Assembly: GCF_006345805.1 (NCBI RefSeq)
Contig: NC_043001.1
Location: 2,108,001-2,172,000, forward strand
DNA: 64,000 nucleotides
Direction of reading: 5' to 3'
From: Octopus sinensis
Lineage: Eukaryota
This document shows positions 54,258-64,000 of the stretch, one piece after another. A program made the translations under genes and the position numbers. Position 1 is the stretch's first letter. Each line of letters starts with the position of its first letter. The notes under the pieces were generated by a model, which saw only the letters and a list, made by a program, of their open reading frames with translations, ran no database searches and was not told where the DNA came from.

Positions 54258-55044
54258 CTAAACAGAGAATCTCCTTATGAATTACATACAACTGCTGTCT
54301 TCAATAAACTTATTTAAGCAAGAGTGTTTTGGTCTTGTTGCACAATATCATGGGCAAATATTTTCTACAACAGCTCCAGGATACCCAAAGACTTGTAAAC
54401 GGATTTGTTGGATGGAAAATTAGGAAAACCTGTTGTATGTGTGTCACACAGTGGGACAGAACCCAGAACCATGTGGTTGGGAAGCAAGGTTCTTACTACA
54501 CAGCCACTCCTGCACATTAAGTTCAAGTGTAGGCTGCTTTGATCAACTGGAACATTTGTTGCCATAACTGAAAGAGCAAGAGTCATTGGCTTATGTGTGT
54601 GTTTATGTGCTTATGTTTGTATGTATGCGTACGTTTGTGTATGCACATGTGAGTGCATGCATGTGTGTGTTTGCTTGTTCACATGCATGTGTATGAATCT
54701 ATGTGTCTGTTTACGTTTCTCTCGAAATGGCAGACTACACCTGAAGAGATTTTTGTTTCTCTCCTGTTAGCTGCCAGCTTTGTACCTTTGATGACACTTA
54801 AAACAATAAATCCTTTTCTTGATAAACAAATAAGGGTTAGCGAGAGGAAGGGCATCTGACTGTCAAACAATGCCTCACTATTCCTCTAACCCATGCTGTC
54901 ATAGAAAGAATGGATGTAATCCCATTCCACCAAAAAAATTCATAATTTAAAGCCTCCTCATTCATTTGCTTGATCTTTGTGATTTATTTTGATTTGCTTG
55001 CTTTTTAAGGCCATTTTTCCATTTAATATATATCCAATAGTTAA

Positions 55045-55260
55045 GGCCCCATGGTGGCAGAATCATTAGCAAGCTTGGTAAAATGCTTTCTCACTTTTCG
55101 TCCATTTTTACATTCTGAGTTCAAATTCGACCATGGTCAACTTTACTTTTCCATCCTTTCAGGGTGATAAAATAAATACCAGCTGAATACTGGGGTCGAT
55201 GTTATTGACTTACCTACCCCCTTCCAAACTTGTCAACCTTGTTCCGAAATTTGAAACCAA
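55045..55260 (+). mobile_element. SINE family C
   Basis: tggcagaatcattagc...ttctgagttcaaattcgacc..ggtcaactttac..catcctttcaggg.gataaaataaataccag. Confidence 0.7.
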
Positions 55261-55841
55261 GATGTTTTCAATGGTTTCACTCTTCTCCAGTTATTTGTGA
55301 ACGATTATTGAAAAGCAGGAGGACATTTAATGCATCTGTATGAAAGTACATGCGGAAGTTAATCTATTAGCAGCATGCAAAAGATAGTTTATTTGTGTCT
55401 GACAATACATAAAGTTATGTCCATCAATACATGTCTGCATGTTAAGCAGGCTATGACATTATCAGTGTATACATTATATTGATTACATTAATGAGTCAGC
55501 CATAGGTAATGACTTATCAATTAAAACCTAATGCCTCATATCAGTTTTCCTTATTCAATATCACTCTATTGAGATTCCATTTAGGAATCACGTGAAATTA
55601 GAAGGAAAGATTTTGTAAATATATCCACAACTGCTAGAACTTGAGTTAATAGTCTTTTGAAAGGTACCAGACAATATAACTTTCAGGATATCTGAATGTT
55701 GATATGTGATACGATATTGTCAACGTAGGGCTGTTTAGATTTTGAAGAGAACAAAAGATAGCATTTTATGCTATTTAAGTGACTGGCAGGAACACAAACC
55801 AGCAGAGACAAAAGCAATAAAAAAAAAATTAAGAATCTCAC

Positions 55842-55938
55842 TTGAAACAATTCCATTTTCCATTTTTTCACTTTTTGCATGTTTCGAAATAAAGTCTTCC
55901 ATATTTTGGTTTGAAGACATAAAAGTTTCACAGAAAAC
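55842..55938 (-). CDS. Candidate internal exon, 97 nt (two open frames)
   Basis: Acceptor ctaatgttatatattttag, donor CAA|gtgaga; frames VFCETFMSSNQNMEDFISKHAKSEKMENGIVS or FSVKLLCLQTKIWKTLFRNMQKVKKWKMELFQ. Confidence 0.3.
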
Positions 55939-56202
55939 CTAAAATATATAACATTAGGTTTCTTTTAGAATAAAAGTCTACATGTTATTCTTTAAATTTT
56001 ACTGTTTTCAGGATTATGAATCTTTATTTGCAGGTGCAAAATAAAAATTAGTGTCAAATTGCATTTTGTCAAAGAAAAATATATGAATTTTCTGTTGTTT
56101 CATCAAGGAACAGAAGATTATTTTTGAAAGAAAAAAAAATCAAGTTGAGCAAACGTCTGTTGTTAATGGAAGGCTGAAGAGGAAATACATTCTGCTACTT
56201 AC

Positions 56203-56239
56203 CAAACACTGCATAAATCAAATAATTCTGCATATTGAT
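56203..56239 (-). CDS. Candidate short exon, 37 nt
   Basis: Donor TTG|gtaagt is strong, acceptor moderate; frames QYAELFDLCSV or INMQNYLIYAVF. Confidence 0.25.
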
Positions 56240-56258
56240 CTATTTCAAATACTGTTCA

Positions 56259-56481
56259 TAACCTTTTTGATACCAACCTATCTTAGACTGCATCATGTTC
56301 AATGATATATATTTATCTCAAAGTAATCTAAATTGAACCATCTATAAATATTCCCTGTTAACATATTCCAAACACCAGCTTAATAATGATAAAGTTATTT
56401 TACTAAATCCTTCATTGGTTTCAAAATTACCTGATACAAAAGCCAGTGCATTTCAACCAAATATGGAAATGAAAGGGTTAA
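56259..56481. mobile_element. Small TTAA/CCC-ended (piggyBac-like) non-autonomous element
   Basis: taacctttttgataccaacc...gaaagggttaa ends; the internal segment resembles 20110-20215. Confidence 0.45.
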
Positions 56482-57656
56482 AGTGATCCGAATCTAGAAC
56501 TTCCATCAATTTATGGTCCTAACACCAGCACAACAAAGACAAAGATATTTTATTACATTCCTCATAATTATCAAAGTTAATTGGAGCAAAGACGATGTAT
56601 TTCAACAGAAATATAGTACCAAAAGGATTAAAGAATTTGGATTTTATGCAGCACAGAAAAATACACATACTATATGACTCAGACATTTTGATTGCAATCT
56701 GTTGTGGCACATTCACCTTCTGAGCTGTTAGACCTGGAGAATCATTCCTATTGTGGAGAAATCTGGATTTAAAGTTGTGGACTTTTGAACTTATGCCAGT
56801 GATCAACTCCATTAGACAATTTGACAAAATTTATTCCTGGAGAAATTTCAAAGTCTCTGTCAACTTCCTTCTTGTAAAATTAAGTTTTATGATCAACTTA
56901 AATGGATTGAGTCTTTTTTTGGTTAACGTTTAATCGTCTCCTTTTATACCCTGTTATATATAAAACATATACATATTAATGTTATACAAGAACATACATA
57001 TATATATGAGCATGTTTGTGTATGTATATATATATATATCATCGTTTAATTGGCGGAACTTGGACTCAGAACGTAATGACAGAGAAAATACCGCTAAGCA
57101 TTTTGCTCAGTGTGCTAACGTTTCTGCCAGCTCACCTCCTACCAGGAGTGAGTATTACCTTGCCTGAAAATGGATGAGCGTTGGTGGCAGGAAAGGCATC
57201 CAGCAGTAGAAAATATGCCTCAACAAATTGCATCTTACATGCGCAATCATTGAAAAGTGGATGTTAAAATAATCACAATACCCCACGGGTCCTCTACTAT
57301 TTATGAAAACTTATGAAGGAAGATATAATTTATTACACTATCAGCCTTCCATTTATTTTATTGAAGAATAAATAACATGCAACCTATAGAAATTAATGCT
57401 TCAGTAAATTTTACTCATATTTTCACCAACAGGTATACTTCTACAACTTCAGAAATGAGAACCAGAAATGGATTCCTTCAGTTGAAAGCTCCAATTTTAA
57501 TGAATAGATCCTGTGTGTTGTGATGATAAGAACAAATCTTTTGACAAAACCATTCCCTATATTTTTTTTTTCATATTCATTGCGTAATTTTTCGATTTGA
57601 AAACCTCATCTACAAACTATTACAACAGGTGAAGACTAACAAATGTAATAACTCAC

Positions 57657-57707
57657 CAGATAATTTGATTTCGTTGTTCTTACGGCAGCTCCTGTCTTGA
57701 TTCACTC
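57657..57707 (-). CDS. Candidate internal exon (G)VNQDRSCRKNNEIKLS, phase 1->1
   Basis: Acceptor tattttccattatttttttag, donor CTG|gtgagt; 51 nt; single open frame. Confidence 0.45.
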
Positions 57708-57959
57708 CTAAAAAAATAATGGAAAATACATCAACAAAAAAAGAAAAAAAGAATTTTGCAATCTACTTAGATTTAAAATTCAACTTTAAACTCTATAACA
57801 ATATTCTGATATGTAATACAATACAAAATGTTCTTTTAGTGTCGTTAATGTTTTTTTTCTTTTTTTTCTTTTTCAATAATGAAGAAAAACAAATTCATAT
57901 CTGGTCAATATTAACTCTTGTTGGCAAATATAAATATTTGTATTATACACACACACACA

Positions 57960-57998
<39 letters not shown>

Positions 57999-58106
57999 GC
58001 ACAAACACAGGCAAATACTCATTAGAAAGAAAACAATTGTGAAACAAAACGATAAAGAAATACTGCAAGGAATTGATAAAAAATACTCACACATCACTCC
58101 CCTCTC

Positions 58107-58152
<46 letters not shown>

Positions 58153-58309
58153 CATGTATAATAACATATATATATGTACATGTTTATGTGTGTGTGTGAA
58201 TGTGTGTGTGTGTTTACGTATATGTATGCATGTATTCCAAACCATGTTCTGTCCCACAGCATAGCACTACCTGAGTCGATTTGGTGGGCAGAAACTAAGA
58301 CAGAGCCAT

Positions 58310-58595
58310 GGTGTATGTATATATGTGTGTATGTATGTATATATGTGTATGTATGTATGTATGTATGTGTATGTATGTATGTATGTATGTGTATGTATGT
58401 GTATGTATGTATGTATGTATGTGTATGTATGTGTATGTATGTGTATGTATATATGTGTATGTATGTGTATGTATGTGTATGTATATATGTGTATGTATGT
58501 GTATGTATGTGTATGTATATATGTGTATGTATGTGTATGTATGTATATATGTGTATGTATGTGTATGTATGTATATATGTGTATGTATATGTGTG
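58310..58595. repeat. (GTAT/GTGTAT)n microsatellite
   Basis: Long mixed 4- and 6-mer run. Confidence 0.9.
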
Positions 58596-59700
58596 CATTG
58601 ACTTGCTTCAAAACAGGTTGGGGTTGATGACACAAATGGCATCTGGCCATTGGAAATCTATCTCAAAACATTGCCCAATGCCAGCATGGAAAAGTGGATG
58701 TTAAAATGATGATGATGATGATGATGCTGATGATGATGTATCTAGTTTAATACTAATTCTTATATTCTTTATCATTGAAGAAACTGGAAAGCTACACTTT
58801 GCTGAACTTACAGATTGTTCTAGCAGTGGAGCCCCCACCCCCACCCTCTCACGTACCCCTATCTCTCACCTTTGGTATTCCCTGTTTAGTCTCATAAATA
58901 GGAAACAAGCAAACAAGAATTTTCCATGTACTCACTCAAATTTCTGCTATTAATAATAATAGCTGAATTGCCCCCCAGGCCACACCCGACCTTCTCAAAG
59001 AAGATGATTTACATAGCAGAATGTGGTCCTTGTTATAAAAGAAGGGAGGTTGTCACAGCTGGAATGTCTTTGATCACAGGTTTATTTGATTTGCCTGACT
59101 TGAGGCTAAAGAACATCATAAAGAATTTAAAATCATAAAAAAGTGTTATGCTGAGGATGGTTCCCTTATTTTACTTCTTAATCTTCTTCCCGTATGTGTG
59201 TGCATATGGGTCATACAATGAAAAACTTGGTTTCTGTGGCCAGTCTTAGAGACAGCTAAGTTCTGCCAGGTCTAAAAATGTCCAAGACATACTGTATGTG
59301 ACAACAGAACCACAACGATTCATCAATTAGTCAAGGATCCAAGGCAAAGCAAAGCCCAAGTATTTTTGCCATTAGTGTGACAGTGAACTTAAATTTTCTT
59401 TAAATAAAATCTAAAATCAAAGCTCATTGAAGATTATTAATTAGCTAAAATATGTCACATGAGTAAAAAATTCAGAAGAACAGCTCTATAGCATAAAACA
59501 TTGTAATAAAGAATGGGTGAAAGAATCTAAGAAAATGTTAGAGTTGCCAGGAAACATCACAAAAGTTAGATTAACAGGGAAAGAGTTTGCACAAATTTCT
59601 TACTAAAACAAACCTTGTAAAGTTTGGAGTTGTGAGGCAAGATGACACAGTTGGAAAGTGCATTCAGAAAGATGATTTTAGCTGTGAATATTATGTTAAC

Positions 59701-61574
59701 CTCGTGATTCTCAACCTTTGAGCCACAGCAGACAGGTGTGCTGTTAGCTGAGTCAGTCAGCCTCCTAGATTGTAAAAAATGGTAAAATCCATGTTTGGTG
59801 AAAAATCTGAGAAGGAATTGAACAATATTCTGTTTTCAAATGATACACTGCTTTTAAGAATCCTAGATATATCGAAGAATATTGAAGACAATCTTCAGAA
59901 AAAGCTTAAAAATTCTAATTTTGCTTTAACCATGGATGACATCAGTAATAAAATCAATTGCTTGTATTTGTATGTTTTATTGATGAGAATGAAATAATCA
60001 ATCAATTTTTGTGCTGTAAAGAAATGTCCAGAACTACAAGAGGTCAAGATATTTTTGATTTGATAACAGACTACCTCAAAGAATTGAATTTGTCTTGGAG
60101 GTCCTGTGTTTGCATTTGCACCAATGGAGCCCCATGCATGACAGGTTGTATTAAAGGATTTGTATCCTTCATAGAAAAAGAAAATCCAAATCTCATTTGT
60201 ACTCAATGCTTTCTACATAGAGAAGTTCTTGTTTCAAAAATATCGCAGGAAGATTTAAATGTTGCACTTCGTTAAGTTGTTGGAATGGTCAATTATATAA
60301 AAAGTAATCCTTTGAAGTCATGATTATTTGAAGAATTCTGCAAAGAGATGGACTCTCAGAATGTTCAGTTGTTAATGCACACTGAAGATCGCTGGCTGTT
60401 GAAAGGCAAAGAACTAAATCATGTTCACGAACTGCGCAAGGAATTACTATCATTTTCTCTCCAGGAAAAGCAGGAGAAATTCTGTGAATACCTTAGTTGC
60501 GAGTTTTGAATGCCTAAATAGGAATACCCAACAGAAATATTTAGTGAACTAAATAAAACAAATAAAAGTATACAAGGTAAAAACGAAAATATTCTCACTT
60601 CAACAGACAAGTCAGTTGCCTTCAAAAAGAAAATTGTGATTTGGAAAGAAAAGATCAATCACTGATATGTTCCCTTTATTGCATTCTACCTGCATTAGAG
60701 AAATGATCCCTATTGTGGTTACGCATCTGACAGCCCTGGACGAAGGCATCAACAATTACTTTCTGTTATTAAAGACAGAAAAGTATTTGTTTGTTTTTGT
60801 TTTTGTTTTTCCAGTTTCAGCTCTTGAGCTGTGGCCATGCTGGGGCACCGCCATTGTGGTGAAAGAGTACAGCAGGGATCACCACCCCCTGCCGGAGCCT
60901 CGTAGAGCTTTTAGTGTTTTCGCTCAATAAACACACACAACGCCCGGTCTGAGAATCGAAACCGCGATCCTGCGACCGCGAGTCCGCTGCCCTAACCACT
61001 AGATTCTTTCATAAATCATTCTTCCAACATTGAATTTGAGTTACAGGAAGAAGAAGAATTGGCGACCGTTTCTAGTGACCGAGGGTTAAAATAAAAACAT
61101 TCAACTCCATTCATTGATTTATTTTGGTTTACAATTGAAGAGGAGCATCCCATATTCTGTGAAAGAGCTTCAGTAATTTTATTACACTTTTCAACTTGTT
61201 ATGTGAATTAGGCTTCTAAATATCAAACAACTTTGAAAACAAGAAGCACGGGAGATTACGTACAACGGAAGAAGAAATGAGGGTGTGTCTGTCTTATATT
61301 CGACCAAACATTGAGGAAATTATGAATAAAAGCCAGGCACAGATTTCTGACCAAAGAATCCAGCTGTTTGACTGATGAAATTCAAAACACTGCAATAAAG
61401 TAAGTTCATGGTTGTGTTTTTCTTAATTTAGTTTGAGTCATTCTATGTGTCTATGATGAGTCTGTGTCTACAGTTGTATGCCGTCTATGACTTGCCGTAT
61501 TTTGCAAAATTCAAATGGTTTTCATATATATTTAGCCAGGTGTGCCACTACTTTTTCATGAGTTCCAAGGTTGT
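59701..61574 (+). mobile_element. Buster/Charlie-type hAT transposon, disabled (ZBED5/FAM200-like transposase relic)
   Basis: KMVKSMFGE...SNDT...FLCCKEMSRTTRGQDIFD...CTNGAPCMTG..KGF...CFLHREVL...LLMHTEDRWL.KGK; frameshifts and stops; gtgattctcaacc TIR-like start. Confidence 0.9.
60786..61002 (-). mobile_element. tRNA-derived SINE inserted in the hAT transposase
   Basis: Minus strand ctagtggttagggcagcggactcgcggtcgcaggatcgcggtttcgattc (A/B boxes)...ggcggtgccccagcatggccacagc...(AAAC)n tail; CpG-rich. Confidence 0.85.
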
Positions 61575-61993
61575 ACATTCTGTGTCATGCTGAATCTTCC
61601 TGAGGACTATGTTAAGGGTACACGAATCTGTGGAGTACTCAGCCATTTACATGTCAATTTCATGAGCAAGCTGTTCCATTGATTGGATCAACCGGAATAT
61701 GCGTTACTGTAACCAATGGACCGACCAGTTTGTGTCTCTGCATGCATGAATGCACAGATCTTTCATCTTTTGCCTTCTATTTGTTTCAGTCATTGGACAG
61801 TGGCCATGCTGGAGCATCACCTTCAAGTGTCTACTCACAGAAATGAACCCCAGGACCTGTTTTGCTTTTTAAGTCTGGTATTTATTCTATCATTCTGTTT
61901 GGATGAACAGTTAAGTTACTGAGGACGTAAATAAACCAACACCAGTTGCTGAGCAGTGAAAGGGAGATAAACACAAACACCAATATATACTCG

Positions 61994-62930
61994 TATACAC
62001 TTTCTGACATGCAAACTTGAAGTCCTTAGTGATGTTATTGAGCTTTCCCCCATCTCTTGCCTCAGGAGATTCAGAAATAATCCAGATCTTTACATCTTTC
62101 AAAACCTGAACATAACAAACTGCTGTCAGTCTCTCAGCATTCTCAAAGATAATCAATGGCATCTTCTTGCCGTCAGAGGCCATGTAGGTGAAAATCATTA
62201 CCTCAGTAGGGATTTTGCACCTAAAAAAGACATTTTTGGCTTCCTTTCGAGGAGCTGAACCAGAACACAGCTGCTGCATCTGTTTGGGTACACATCTTGG
62301 GTCAGATTTTTCTCATCACTCCAAGATGTGATTCTCTTTGTTGAAGATGATCTTCGCCCTCTTCAACCTTCTAAGCTTTTGTCCTGGAGTTACAAGATGC
62401 CTCACAGGTCTCATGGACAATTTCATTTTCAAGTCTTCTGTCATCACTCTTTGAACTGCCATGGCTGAAACGCCTTGTTCATGTGCCAAGCGTCTTATGG
62501 ATTGAGTTGGATCTCTTCTGTTTAATCTCTTCAGTTCCAGATTGAAATGATGATCCTTCTTGCGGTTATCACCTCCTGATCCAGTTACCCTTTCCACTAT
62601 TCCCCCATTCTGAAATTTATTCACAATTACCTTGATGGTTCTTGAATGAACTTAGGAGACAGAAGCTAGAGAATGAATGTTGGTGCTATTACTGAAGGCC
62701 TGGATGATCTTAACCCTTTCAACATTACTTAGTTGGAAAGACATGGTGAAACTGGCACAAAACAATTTCAGCCTGTTCTCTTTCTAGCTAAATATCTCGA
62801 TGGGTATTTCACTGATTCTTACAAAAATTGGTATGGCCACACAAAGACAGCATGGCCAGCGATAAGTTAGGGTTAGGGTTTTAAAAAGTTTTAAGAATTG
62901 GTGTGCGTGACAATTTTGCTGTTAGACCTG

Positions 62931-62934
<4 letters not shown>
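61994..62934 (-). mobile_element. Tc1/mariner-superfamily element (maT-like), internally deleted
   Basis: GSGG...RDPTQSIRRLAHEQGVS...QKLRRLKRAK and VMIFTYMASDGKKMPLIIFE...YVQVL; imperfect TIRs tatacaggtctaacagcaaaatt / aagtttgcatgtcagaaagtgtata. Confidence 0.8.
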
Positions 62935-62969
<35 letters not shown>

Positions 62970-62994
62970 ATGTGTGTGTGTGTGTGTGTGTGTG

Positions 62995-63033
<39 letters not shown>

Positions 63034-63129
63034 CGGGAAAGTTTACGAAAATAAACAAAAGACGAAGGCAGGTGGAGTACAAACAAACAAATGTATTAGT
63101 ATGGCGCACAGGAATAGAAATAGAACAAG

Positions 63130-63167
63130 TCTTTTATGTTTCGAGCCTACGCTCTTCAACAGAAAGA
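63130..63167 (-). ncRNA. Degenerate minimal hammerhead motif in a PLE-like relic (about 63040-63230)
   Basis: TCTTT-CTGTTGA-A-GAGC gtag GCTC-GAAAC-AT-A-AAAGA; 5-bp stem I and 4-bp stem II pair perfectly; A6->U and stem III G->A deviations. Confidence 0.55.
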
Positions 63168-63494
63168 TACACAGAAAAGAAACAAGGAGAGAAAAAAATG
63201 CGTGTAAAATTTAAATTCAGATGAATATAGCACTTAAGTTAAAGGCACCGGAATTTAGTATGGTATTATCCATATAATTCAAAATGGGGTGATTATAATC
63301 AAAATAAGCAACAAGGATATCCAGAGGTAATGCAGTACGATCGTTTCATGTGACACCATTTAATTGAACAATGCAAACATTACATCAATTTAAAATGTAG
63401 AGCAATCTTCAGCTGCATAAAAATATAGAATTTAGTTAAATTCGAAGGATTCATTTGTATAATTTTCTTTTTACCTATTTCTTTTATCTTTTTA

Positions 63495-63532
<38 letters not shown>

Positions 63533-64000
63533 TGTTGAGATGCATTAAACATCAAAATATGAAATCTTCGCTGATCTGGCTATATCTGTGACCGTAGGGA
63601 GCTTGCCTCTTTTGTCAGCTCATTAAGATAATGTTTCTGTGACTATTCAGTTGTTTTGACTCTTATTTCTAGCAATACTGGTGCTGATTAGTGCCCTTTC
63701 TTCACTTTAGTGAAATATATTCTACCTTTAGGTTGTAAAATTCTGAATTTACCACCCATATTAATTACTAGCTGAATGACTTGGCATTGCCCTGGTTACT
63801 GCTGTTCTTATTCAGATTAGGAAATAAATATAAAGATATATTCTCATAATTATTTCTAAATATATTTTATTAAAAAATATCCAATTTGTAATGATAATAA
63901 AATTTTCAACATTTGCTGAAGGATGTATGTAGCAAAACATTAATTTGACATCATTTACTAAATATTATAACTGTGTAAGGTTATAGGCTGTAGGATACAA

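Noticed and set aside
56519-56827. 102-aa minus ORF with plausible composition
   Set aside because: No splice-site pair gives a phase-1 entry consistent with the chain, and no recognisable domain is present.
12193-58704. Many 60-240 aa ORFs rich in Y/I/C/V/H/T or poly-L/N/I in the ORF track
   Set aside because: They are translations of TA, CA, TTA and GATA microsatellites, not genes.
60930-61002. tRNA gene
   Set aside because: A/B boxes continue into a SINE body and tail; no complete cloverleaf. The same applies to the other SINE heads.
62867-62878. (TTAGGG)2 telomere-like motif
   Set aside because: Only two units, inside a Tc1-like element; not an interstitial telomere.

Overview
AT-rich eukaryotic genomic DNA, very likely octopus. 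This is inferred from its SINE and RTE-tail repeat families and extreme microsatellite density, not from a search. No prokaryotic features are present, and almost all long ORFs in the supplied track are microsatellite artefacts. The window is mostly intron-like sequence filled with decayed transposons: two or three tRNA-derived SINE families, 3' fragments of RTE LINEs ending in (GAT)n, L2/Crack-like, CR1-like and R4-like LINE relics, two internally deleted mariners, a maT/Tc1-like element, a Buster-type hAT, a piggyBac relic, non-autonomous Helitrons and several long-TIR MITEs. Two things stand out. (1) Five loci carry minimal type-I hammerhead ribozyme (HHR) motifs of the Penelope-like-element (PLE) kind. 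They have unrelated stems, and one has an intact catalytic core. (2) A set of short minus-strand exon candidates with canonical splice sites chains in phase from about 57.7 kb down to a stop at 1015, suggesting the 3' part of an unidentified host gene. All protein-family assignments are by eye and need database confirmation.
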